Below, piece by piece: positions 1 to 8,816 of a DNA stretch of 32,000 nt (the stretch's first letter is position 1; each line of letters begins with the position of its first letter). The translations under genes and the position numbers were made by a program. The stretch lies in the NCBI GenBank assembly GCA_016933055.1, contig JAFGBS010000001.1:271550-303549 (forward strand), given 5' to 3'. The notes under the pieces were generated by a model. It had not been told where the DNA came from and did no database searches. It saw only the letters and a program-made list of their open reading frames with translations. This DNA comes from Promethearchaeota archaeon. Lineage in GTDB: Archaea; Asgardarchaeota; Lokiarchaeia; Sigyniarchaeales; Promethearchaeaceae.

Positions 1-472
1 TAATTATATCTAAGGGTATTTTTAAAATTCTACTCTTTTTTAACAGACTATCGAATTCTAAAAATGGAATTAATTTAATAAAATATAATGATGCTAATGA
101 ATCAATATTAGATTGTTGCCAATTATATGCTTTATTCAACAGCAGTCAATTCATGAATTTTTCTAAATTGTCTGGAATTTCGTATTACAGTCTTAGAAAC
201 ATCATTTAATAGTAATATACCAACACGATTAGAATATCAATATCCTCATTAGTTTTTTCCATAGTTTCCATGTAATCATAAATTTCTGAAACCTCTAGCT
301 CGGTTTTATTTTTCACTAAATTAGAATACTTGTTGGTGTTATCGTGAAATGCCGATTTCACGTAAAACGAGAAATATAGGAGTAACATCTAGAAATGACA
401 CAGATGTGATGAAAACTATCAATTCTTCGGGTATTTTGGTAAAATAGACACTTTATATGAGATAAATAGTAT

Positions 473-961
473 CTAGAAATCAAAATCTGGATGTTCTAAA
501 AATACTTCAGGTTCTTGTTCTTCAATTTGAACTAAAAGTGCATTGAATTGCTCTTCATCCCCATAAAACTCTAAATGAATAGATTGTTCCTCGGCTTCTG
601 TTTCCATTTTAAAATCTAAAGTTGCTTGTTTTTTCTCCTTAATATCTTTGACTTTCTTATTTGTTTTGATGAAAATATATTCGACAACATACCCTGTTGC
701 TTCATCGTCATCGTCACCATCATCATCACCATTCTCCTCATCTTGTTCTTCTTCCTCAGTCTCGTCTTCTTTAAGTTCTTCATCAGGAAAGAATTGAAGT
801 ATTTGAATTCCAAATAAAGATCCCGACTCCTCTCCTACAATAAAATCAATATCAAAATCACTCGATTCGAATACCGATGGGATAAATCCCACTTCTTCTC
901 CAAAATGGTTTTTGAACACATCAAAAAATTTTTTCCACCTTGCGCGCTCTTCTGAAAACAT
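473..961 (-). CDS. Hypothetical highly acidic protein (162 aa) with internal Asp/Glu tract
   Basis: ATG-to-TAG ORF. About 51 of 162 residues are D/E. Tract DEELKEDETEEEEQDEENGDDDGDDDDE lies between two hydrophobic beta-strand-like segments. No family recognised. Confidence 0.72.
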   Translation of the reverse strand: MFSEERARWKKFFDVFKNHFGEEVGFIPSVFESSDFDIDFIVGEESGSLFGIQILQFFPDEELKEDETEEEEQDEENGDDDGDDDDEATGYVVEYIFIKTNKKVKDIKEKKQATLDFKMETEAEEQSIHLEFYGDEEQFNALLVQIEEQEPEVFLEHPDFDF

Positions 962-1113
962 AAGAGATTCATGGCGTTGAAGCTTATGAAGCTATCTATT
1001 CTTGAATAATTAAGGGCTGAATTTTAATCGAAAATCCTTTCATGCAAAAATGGACATCAAATAGTTGAATTTTACAAAGATGATTTAAAGGTAAAGAAGA
1101 TAGAAGAAATTAA

Positions 1114-1971
1114 TTAACGAAAACGATATCCGCAATTGCTACAGATGTTCTGACCTTCATAAATTGTATTTCGACAAATAGGACAAGATTGCTTGGCTAT
1201 TTTTACATCTCTCCGCTGAGATACTAGTGGTTTTTCCGTTTTAAGTGAAGGTTTATTTATTATTCTCAATCCCAAAACAGTGTATCCGATCATATTTAGC
1301 AAGATCCATCCAAAACTAGAATAAGTCGCCCAGGCAGCCATATCAAATTGCATGAAAGCAGCCGGGTATGAGGTTGGTAATAGTTCCCGCAGAATAAAGA
1401 TGCCACCTATAAACCCTATAATGCTGGAAATGATCGCAATTAAATTTCCAATAACTATAATGATAGGAATCCCTCCAAATTCTATTCTTAGGATTTTTGT
1501 AACGTTATTATCAACAGTTTTGTAGTATTTATATAAACCAATCCATGCGATGTTTTGAATAAGATAGGCTAGAATCAATAGAACACTGTAGATCATGCCT
1601 GCTGTTGCAGTTATTTTAACGAATTCTTCCTCTAAAAATTCAACTGGAAAGAAACTGTATATTAAGTTTACAATGACGAATAACACAATAGTGAATCCTG
1701 ATATTAGATAAATCATCGTAAATCTTGAAAATCCGTTATCATTAGTTTCCTTACCTATTCTATACAAACGTAAACAAATTATGATCAGAAAAATATTTGT
1801 AATCAGCACAAAAACAAACCATACAATTTTAGGTTGAAAGAATCCAATTTCCAATCTGAGATAGAAATATGAATAAGGACAATAATTATTGAGTCCAAAA
1901 AAGCTTAGTAAACCATATATAATGAACAAAGCACCTACACTAGTAAGTCTTTCCTTGAATAATACGACCAT
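1114..1971 (-). CDS. Multi-pass membrane protein with C-terminal zinc ribbon
   Basis: About 6-7 hydrophobic segments followed by CPIC-x10-CSNC at the C-terminus. Confidence 0.8.
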   Translation of the reverse strand: MVVLFKERLTSVGALFIIYGLLSFFGLNNYCPYSYFYLRLEIGFFQPKIVWFVFVLITNIFLIIICLRLYRIGKETNDNGFSRFTMIYLISGFTIVLFVIVNLIYSFFPVEFLEEEFVKITATAGMIYSVLLILAYLIQNIAWIGLYKYYKTVDNNVTKILRIEFGGIPIIIVIGNLIAIISSIIGFIGGIFILRELLPTSYPAAFMQFDMAAWATYSSFGWILLNMIGYTVLGLRIINKPSLKTEKPLVSQRRDVKIAKQSCPICRNTIYEGQNICSNCGYRFR

Positions 1972-2558
1972 GATTATTCTTATGTTGAATTGATTTTTAA
2001 AGTCTATGGGATTAAAGAGGACTCCAATATTAGGTAATTTCCACCATTTTTCGAGGAAATAGCCTGATTCCTTGAATTTGAAGTCACTAAGGGATAAAAA
2101 AAAATGGAAAACTGTTAAATCAGAAATATTTTTCTGTTAAATCTGTTAACTCTTATTTCCACAATATTCAGAATTACTATGCGACTTTATGATTTATATA
2201 GGGTTTGAAATACATAGTTTTTGATCCTTTTTCTGTGATATCCTCCAATCATTCAACGGATTAATATCAATTAACTTGGTAACTTAAAAGTAACAATAGA
2301 TCTTTAATAATGTCCCCTACATCCGTATATTTCATTTATATATTACCGATTCTCTCAAATGGTTCCTCAATTTAACCAAAAACACTTTCTAGATGGTTAT
2401 CAGAATAAGGCGAGTACATAATAAGCAGAGGAGAACATAGTGTTCGAACGGATCAGACCGTACATAGAGAATTTATAGTAAAGCAAAAATTTACAGGAAT
2501 GGTGAGATAGAAAAAAACTCATCATCAGATTTTTAGGGGCACATTCCGTCTTTGCCTT

Positions 2559-3227
2559 ATGAGAATTTTAGTTGTATCTGACCTCCATTTAGGGAATGGT
2601 AGTAAGAGTGATGACTTTGGATACGGGAGGGAAACTTTTGAGAGAGAAGCCAGATTTTTGGAATTTGTTGAATCCCAGAATCCCGACAGAGTCTATTTAA
2701 ATGGAGATATATATGAATTATGGCAAGCTCGTTGGAAAAAAATAAAAAAAGCACATGAAAAATTAGTTAAAGTGTTTGAAAATGACCCGAAATATATATA
2801 CATCGTTGGAAATCATGATTTTAATTTAACTGGTCTTTATTCCGATGAAATTCGGACAAAATCTGGAAAGCGTGTCATAATTGCACATGGTTTCACTGCA
2901 GATCCTTGGATGAACAATGTATTCACTAGAACCTTAATTTGGTTTATAGGAGGATTAGAACGGTTAATTTCTCCAAATATCGATTTATGGCCCCATATGT
3001 TACGTCGATCAGGTGAGAAATCCATATTAAAAAAACGACAGACAAAGTATGCCGAGAAACTCCTTAAAACCTATGATATTTGTATCTTAGGCCATACTCA
3101 TTACCTCGATATCGATACAAATGACGTAGGCAGGATTTATGCAAACACTGGAACTTGTCAAACTGGAAAACTACAAGGAATTTTATTGGATACAGAAACT
3201 GATGAGATTAGAATAGTAGAAGGGTGA
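2559..3227 (+). CDS. Calcineurin-like metallophosphoesterase (LpxH/YbbF-like subgroup)
   Basis: All five motifs in order: SDLHLG, NGDIYE, GNHD, AHG, GHTH. Confidence 0.9.
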   Translation: MRILVVSDLHLGNGSKSDDFGYGRETFEREARFLEFVESQNPDRVYLNGDIYELWQARWKKIKKAHEKLVKVFENDPKYIYIVGNHDFNLTGLYSDEIRTKSGKRVIIAHGFTADPWMNNVFTRTLIWFIGGLERLISPNIDLWPHMLRRSGEKSILKKRQTKYAEKLLKTYDICILGHTHYLDIDTNDVGRIYANTGTCQTGKLQGILLDTETDEIRIVEG

Positions 3228-3464
3228 TCTATTCATCTTGATTTTTCTTTTCTGAAAAAAAGGAAATGAGGATTTTAGGCTCTTAACGGGTTGCTATATG
3301 GTTCTATTTCGCTCTATTCTGTGTTATGCTTATTCTAAGAACATAATTCCGATATAATCCAAGAATCTTCTTAAAGGATAACCGATTCTTGATTCTCTCT
3401 GTAAAAGAGTGCCTTAAACCCTAGTTCTTATAGTCGGAAGGATACTTATAGGATTAAAATTTTT

Positions 3465-4457
3465 CTAAGGAGGATATGCTATAGTGTAAATATGAGCACC
3501 ACCTTCTTTAAGGGGTCCTTTTATAACTCTTTCCAATAATTTCTTGTCTTTCTGACTTAATTCATCAACTGGAGGAAGTTTACCTGGGGGAAATTTCTCA
3601 AGAATCTCGTTAACAAGTTTTTCCATATAATCAAGCAATGCATTCACACCTCCCTCAGCTTTTTTGGCATCTCCTTTGGTAGGACTTCCGACATTACCTT
3701 CTGGATATGCGGCGAATTCTACGGGACCCATTCCCACTTGTCCATACCATTTTATAGGCAACATATAAGCATTTCCTGCTTTATCTACATGCCCGTCAGA
3801 GAAATATCCTCGGGGTTCCGTGTCATCAGCATTTTCAATTTCAATCATTTCAGGAAAAAGGGCAAGACTGTAAGATGTTTCGCATTCATCTGCATGAATA
3901 AAGGGAGTTTCAAATTGACCAGTGGAAGGAAGACCGTATTTTTCTGCAGTTTTTTTATCTCGAATATGGGGATAAATTGCATGATACCAATTTAAATTGA
4001 TGAAGATCCCAGGCACTTGGTATCTTTTCGCAAATTCATGAATAGCAGAAGGAATCACGTATTCTTGTCCATGCCCATTGAGAAGAATTTGTTTTCGAAA
4101 TCCCATATTCCACAATCCCGCCATAATCGCACGAACATTTCCCTTAAAATGATTTTCTGGTACCAATACGGTTCCTGGAAGCCCCATATGATGAAAGGGA
4201 TGAGAACCATACCATACAGGTTCTGCTACAGTGCATCCTGTTTTCTCTGCAATCATTTCAGCCATTCGAGTTACTAAAAAGGTATCTTCACCAATACAAG
4301 CTGCACCTCCATGGTTTTCAGTTGAACCCAACGGTATGATAATGATGTCGTTTTTCTTAAGCCTATCTTGAATTTGCTTGATAGACATTGTTTGTAGATA
4401 AATCCCTGCGGGTTTATCCATTACCGCTCCTTTCGGAGGAAGATTCCATTTTGTCAT
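3465..4457 (-). CDS. iolN: Creatininase-family amidohydrolase, 3-dehydro-scyllo-inosose hydrolase (IolN-like)
   Basis: Creatininase motifs GSTENHG, GED, NGHG, HADECETS. It lies beside iolM/iolO/iolG-like genes, as in the Thermotoga maritima inositol locus (recalled). Confidence 0.88.
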   Translation of the reverse strand: MTKWNLPPKGAVMDKPAGIYLQTMSIKQIQDRLKKNDIIIIPLGSTENHGGAACIGEDTFLVTRMAEMIAEKTGCTVAEPVWYGSHPFHHMGLPGTVLVPENHFKGNVRAIMAGLWNMGFRKQILLNGHGQEYVIPSAIHEFAKRYQVPGIFINLNWYHAIYPHIRDKKTAEKYGLPSTGQFETPFIHADECETSYSLALFPEMIEIENADDTEPRGYFSDGHVDKAGNAYMLPIKWYGQVGMGPVEFAAYPEGNVGSPTKGDAKKAEGGVNALLDYMEKLVNEILEKFPPGKLPPVDELSQKDKKLLERVIKGPLKEGGAHIYTIAYPP

Positions 4458-4563
4458 TTTTTTCCACCAATATAATTTATCAATATTTAAGTTGATATGA
4501 GATCATTTTATCGACATTAAAATTCGATCTTTAAGATTAAATGAAAATTCGTAGGTTTTTAAA
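4458..4563. promoter_or_regulatory. Divergent promoter region between iolN and iolM
   Basis: 106-bp AT-rich gap between divergent starts. Inverted repeat TATCAA(4478-4483)-N8-TTGATA(4492-4497) surrounds a TTTAA box. GGTGG lies just upstream of the iolN ATG on the minus strand. Confidence 0.45.
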
Positions 4564-5742
4564 ATGAAAACAGTTCGATTATATGCGAGTTGGGATCCAA
4601 AGCCAGCATTCAAGCTGGGAAATAAAGATATTTCTGGAAAATTAACCTACTTAGGTTCACAAGTTTGGAGAAATCCAGAATTAAGGATTGAGGATGTTCC
4701 AATACCCACAATTAAACCAAATGAGGTACTAATCGAAGTAAAACGCTGTGGAATATGTGGATCGGATGTCCATATGTATCAGATAAATGAAGATGGATAT
4801 ATATGGTATCCCGGATTAACGGCTTTCCCGTGCACTTTGGGTCATGAATTTGCTGGTGTTGTAGCAAAGGCAGGTAATGAAGCTATCAATAAACGAACAA
4901 ACAAACGATTTGAGGAGGGGGAACCCGTTACTGTTGAAGAAATGGTTTGGTGTGGACAATGTAAACCCTGTTGTGATGGCTATCCCAATCATTGTGAAGC
5001 CCTCCAAGAAATAGGTTTTTCCATAGATGGTGCATATGCAAAATATATTGCAGCTCCCGCAAAACTCTGCTGGTCTCTTAAGAAACTCGAGGGAAAATAC
5101 CAAGACATATTTATGAACGGATCACTAGTGGAACCCACGAGTGTAGCATATAACGCAGTTATAGAACGTGGAGGGGGAATTCGTCCAGGAGAGAATGTCG
5201 TTATTTTAGGAGCAGGACCAGTTGGAATTGCTGCAACTGCAATCCTAAAACGCGCTGGGGCATCTGTGGTACTTGTCTCCGAACCAAATCCGCATCGGGC
5301 TGCGATGGCAAAAAAAATGGGAGCAGATTATACAATCAATCCTGCAGAAGAAAATTTTGTAGATAAAGTGAAGGAATGTACAGATAATGAAGGAGCAGCT
5401 CTTTATCTGGAAGCCACTGGATTGCCACATATTGTAACTGATGATATTCAAAACTGTATCTGGGAAACAAAATCGGTGAATTCTACTGTGGTTATTGTAG
5501 CTCGAGCGGATCAGAGAATGCCTTTAATGGGTGAAGTATTCCAGGTACGTAGAGGAAAAATTGTGGGTGCTCAAGGTCATTCGGGCCATGGAACCTTTCC
5601 AAACGTAATTTCCTTGATGGGTTCTGGTATGGATATGAGTCCTATGATCACAAAAACCATAAAACTGGAAGAAGTACCCGAAAATCTTAAACTGTTACAA
5701 ACTGATCGAGAGAACTGCAAGATAAGTGTAAAAATGGATTAA
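4564..5742 (+). CDS. iolM: Zn-dependent medium-chain dehydrogenase, scyllo-inosose 3-dehydrogenase (IolM-like)
   Basis: CGICGSDVH, GHEF, structural-Zn CGQCKPC..C and GAGPVG. The distinctive N-terminus (WDPKPAFKLGNKDISGKLTYLGSQVW) and GHSGHGTFP closely follow my recollection of T. maritima IolM. Confidence 0.92.
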   Translation: MKTVRLYASWDPKPAFKLGNKDISGKLTYLGSQVWRNPELRIEDVPIPTIKPNEVLIEVKRCGICGSDVHMYQINEDGYIWYPGLTAFPCTLGHEFAGVVAKAGNEAINKRTNKRFEEGEPVTVEEMVWCGQCKPCCDGYPNHCEALQEIGFSIDGAYAKYIAAPAKLCWSLKKLEGKYQDIFMNGSLVEPTSVAYNAVIERGGGIRPGENVVILGAGPVGIAATAILKRAGASVVLVSEPNPHRAAMAKKMGADYTINPAEENFVDKVKECTDNEGAALYLEATGLPHIVTDDIQNCIWETKSVNSTVVIVARADQRMPLMGEVFQVRRGKIVGAQGHSGHGTFPNVISLMGSGMDMSPMITKTIKLEEVPENLKLLQTDRENCKISVKMD

Positions 5743-6557
5743 AAAATATTCGAAATATATTCTGAGGATTGTTTAGCAACACTTTCGAATGATGGTTTCA
5801 TGATCGCCTCGATACTAAAGAATCCACCATAGCTATTATTAAATAATGTATGAATTATTTTTTCATAATCTATTTCCCCTGCTTTCATTGCTCTACGATC
5901 AGGTCCTGCAAAATGGACATGATGAATATAAGGTGCATATTTTTCCAGATTTTGATAGAAGGATTCACTATCTTCTTCTAAATAGACATGAAAGGAATCA
6001 ATCATTGCGAAGGTGCTAGATAAATTCACTTCTTGCAACAGATCAACCACTTCAGATAACGTGTGCAAAAAATCAATCTCAAATTGATTAATTGGTTCTA
6101 TTACCAATTCGATATTGTATTTTTCTGCAATTTCATCCACAAGACTAAGGGATTTCTTAAAGAGAGTTATTTCTGATTCTTGATTTTGATTGTAAGATCT
6201 TCTTCCCCTAATTAAACCTAAAATTACTTTTGGGTTTCCAATTAACTCACTGGCTAATTTACAATATAGATCCATGCGTTTGATGGCTTTTTCTCGCATT
6301 TTGTCGTCAATAGCACTTAAAGAATATCCATAGCGAAGAAATGTACTTCCCGTACCGATTGCTGAAATTTTCATATTATAACTTTCTAAATACGCATTGA
6401 TTTTATCAACAGGAATATCTTCGGGTCTTAATAGTGCCAATTCAACTCCCGTATAGTCAAGATCCTTTAGAAAGTCAAATTTGGCTTTTATGGTTTCATC
6501 AAACTTGTTTAAGAAATTACTGTCAATTCCAATGACGATGCTTAGAGGTGTTTTCAA
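5739..6557 (-). CDS. iolO: Sugar-phosphate isomerase/epimerase TIM barrel, 5-keto-L-gluconate epimerase (IolO-like)
   Basis: TTG start. ISAIGTG, GLIRGRR, IEPINQFE, DSFH, HVH and SIEA carry the D-tagatose-epimerase-family E/D/H/E metal set. Context supports IolO. Confidence 0.72.
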   Translation of the reverse strand: MKTPLSIVIGIDSNFLNKFDETIKAKFDFLKDLDYTGVELALLRPEDIPVDKINAYLESYNMKISAIGTGSTFLRYGYSLSAIDDKMREKAIKRMDLYCKLASELIGNPKVILGLIRGRRSYNQNQESEITLFKKSLSLVDEIAEKYNIELVIEPINQFEIDFLHTLSEVVDLLQEVNLSSTFAMIDSFHVYLEEDSESFYQNLEKYAPYIHHVHFAGPDRRAMKAGEIDYEKIIHTLFNNSYGGFFSIEAIMKPSFESVAKQSSEYISNIF

Positions 6558-6644
6558 TTCTATCAGTTTATGATTTGATCCAATACAATAAATAACTAAA
6601 GGTCAAACATTAAGATAATTTCATACTTCAAATATGATGAAAAT
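6558..6644. promoter_or_regulatory. Divergent promoter region between iolO and iolG
   Basis: 87-bp AT-rich gap between divergent starts, with a short inverted repeat TCATA(6621-6625)-N7-TATGA(6633-6637). Confidence 0.4.
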
Positions 6645-7667
6645 ATGTTGCAGAAAATTGTTGCTGGAATCATAGGAGCGGGGCGTATTGGTAAAATTCA
6701 TGCTGAAAATATCATGAATCATATCGAAAACGCCTACATTAAAACTATTGCAGACATAAAGATTGATCATTTAAAAAAATGGGCAGAGAATTTACGAATT
6801 TCACATCTCACGACAGATTACAGAGAAATCTTAGAGGATCCAGAAATTCAAGTGGTAATAATCTGTTCCTCTACTGATACCCATGTAAAATTTATTACTG
6901 AAGCTGCGAAAGCTGGAAAGCACATATTTTGTGAGAAACCAATCGATTTTGAGGTTTCGAGAATAAAAGATGCTTTGAATGCTGTAAAAGATGCAGGAGT
7001 TAAATTCATGATAGGATTTAACCGCAGATTTGATCATAATTTTCAACGAATGAAAAAAGCTGTGCAGAAGGGGGATCTCGGAGAACCACATATCATTAAA
7101 ATCTCATCTCGAGATCCAAATCCTCCTCCAATAGAATATCTCAAAGTTTCAGGAGGATTGTTTTTCGATATGGCAATCCATGATTGGGACATGTGTCGAT
7201 ATCTTTCAAACTCAGAAATCGCAGAAGTGTATGCTCAAGGTGCCGCATTTAATGATCCCGAAATAAGTAATATTAACGATATTGATACGGCAGTCACTTT
7301 GTTGAAATCCAAATCGGGAATCATGTTTATAATTGATAATTCACGAAAAGCAGTATATGGATACGATCAACGAGTTGAGATTTTTGGATCTAAAGGAATG
7401 ATTCTAAATTATAATGATACTATTAACAACGTCGAAATTTATTCAGAGAACTCAATTGCAAGAGATAAAATCCCCTATTTCTTTTTGGAAAGGTACAGGG
7501 ATTCTTATATTGTTGAAATGCGAGAATTATTCGAATGCGTTCAAAACAATTCAGACCCGAGCGTGAGTGGTGTAGACGGACTTCAAGCTGTGTTGATTGC
7601 AAAAGCAGCTTCACTATCCATGAGGGAAAACCGTCCAGTTAAATTAAGTGAAATAGAAGACAGTTAA
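6645..7667 (+). CDS. iolG: Gfo/Idh/MocA oxidoreductase, myo-inositol 2-dehydrogenase
   Basis: GAGRIG, CEKP, GFNRRFD, SRDP, DMAIHDWD, YGYDQRVE. Confidence 0.9.
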   Translation: MLQKIVAGIIGAGRIGKIHAENIMNHIENAYIKTIADIKIDHLKKWAENLRISHLTTDYREILEDPEIQVVIICSSTDTHVKFITEAAKAGKHIFCEKPIDFEVSRIKDALNAVKDAGVKFMIGFNRRFDHNFQRMKKAVQKGDLGEPHIIKISSRDPNPPPIEYLKVSGGLFFDMAIHDWDMCRYLSNSEIAEVYAQGAAFNDPEISNINDIDTAVTLLKSKSGIMFIIDNSRKAVYGYDQRVEIFGSKGMILNYNDTINNVEIYSENSIARDKIPYFFLERYRDSYIVEMRELFECVQNNSDPSVSGVDGLQAVLIAKAASLSMRENRPVKLSEIEDS

Positions 7668-7757
7668 AAATCCATTTAATGATCGATAATTATCCTATAT
7701 TTTACGAAATTATTTAATCAATATAATTCGATACTTCTTAGCATAGAGGATAATCTT

Positions 7758-7764
7758 AAGGTGA
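7758..7764 (+). promoter_or_regulatory. Archaeal-type Shine-Dalgarno (AAGGTGA) of the PHP gene
   Basis: AAGGTGA ends 6 nt before the ATG at 7771. Confidence 0.55.
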
Positions 7765-7770
7765 TAATAA

Positions 7771-8784
7771 ATGAAGCGTGTTTGGTCAAAGATTTTGAAG
7801 AATTTTGGAATTTTTATGTTGATAGTAGTTATAATAATGGTACCATCGATCTTGCTTAGCGTTTATGGACCTAGGCAGTACAAATATGATGATAATAGCT
7901 TCGAATGGACCTATAGTGTACCCGAAGCGAGTGAATCCAACATCATATTTGATCAACATTCTCATACCAAATATTCAGACGGAATTCTAACGGTAAGACA
8001 AAATATTTTGTGGCATATTGCCCATGGATTTAACGCAATGGTTCTCACAGATCATAATAATCTGAGAAATTCAGATGATCTTCAAGAATTAGCGTTGGAA
8101 TATACAAGTGAATTTATTATTATCCAAGGAATGGAGTGGACAACAAATCGAATACATTTAAATTTCCTCGGAATTTCAGATTGGGATCTGAGGATCCCAT
8201 GGAATCCAAGCGATGCTCAAATTCAAGAGGCGATCAATGAAGCTCATTCACAAGGAGCTGTAGTAACGGTGAACCATATTCCATGGAGTCTAGAACGAAT
8301 GCCCAATCACCCTACTCGGCAACAACTACTCACATGGGGTGTTGATTACATCGAAATTGTAAACGGAGATGATTATGATATCGACTCAGACTCGTGGTGT
8401 AACAATACAGGAGGATTTGGCAGTATTACTGGAACAGATATGCACACTCCAATGAATGTAAAAGCATGGACTTTGATGAATACTACAGAGTTCACTGCTG
8501 ATGCGATTATGAACGAATTACGAGCTAGGAATACAACAATTATATATAACACAACAGGGTCGGTTGATTTATCTAAGGGTTATAATAATATATTGTATGA
8601 CATATTTAGTCCGTTTATCTACATTGGAGAATATTTCGAAAATTTCTATGCCAATCGGATTACAATCCCGTTCTTCTTCTCATATTTGATAGCTGGATTT
8701 GCAGGATATACTGCAATCCAATATGCTATTCAGAAATATAAAGAAAATAAGAAAAGAATACCAGAAAAAACTGAAAAAAAATAA
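7771..8784 (+). CDS. PHP-family phosphoesterase anchored by N- and C-terminal TM helices
   Basis: DQHSHTKYSDG, TDHN, GMEWT, VNH, GTDMH. Hydrophobic helices at both ends have basic flanks (MKRVWSKILK; QKYKENKKR). Sequons NNT and NTT x3. Confidence 0.88.
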   Translation: MKRVWSKILKNFGIFMLIVVIIMVPSILLSVYGPRQYKYDDNSFEWTYSVPEASESNIIFDQHSHTKYSDGILTVRQNILWHIAHGFNAMVLTDHNNLRNSDDLQELALEYTSEFIIIQGMEWTTNRIHLNFLGISDWDLRIPWNPSDAQIQEAINEAHSQGAVVTVNHIPWSLERMPNHPTRQQLLTWGVDYIEIVNGDDYDIDSDSWCNNTGGFGSITGTDMHTPMNVKAWTLMNTTEFTADAIMNELRARNTTIIYNTTGSVDLSKGYNNILYDIFSPFIYIGEYFENFYANRITIPFFFSYLIAGFAGYTAIQYAIQKYKENKKRIPEKTEKK

Positions 8785-8816
8785 ATAAAACAAAACCATA
8801 CGAGTGTAAGGTAAGG

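Noticed and set aside
1-388. 60-aa ORF 206..388(-) and its frame continuing to the window edge as a decayed gene
   Set aside because: The continuation has six stops in about 68 codons, the random rate for AT-rich DNA, and no recognisable motif.
616-817. Short ORFs 616..813(-) and 626..817(+)
   Set aside because: These are shadow frames of the low-complexity acidic gene.
964-1116. Protein-like fragments on the + strand (EIHGVEAYEAIYS*IIKG*...NGHQIVEFYKDDLKVKKIEEIN)
   Set aside because: They need two stops and a frameshift, have no start and match no family, so they are too weak to call.
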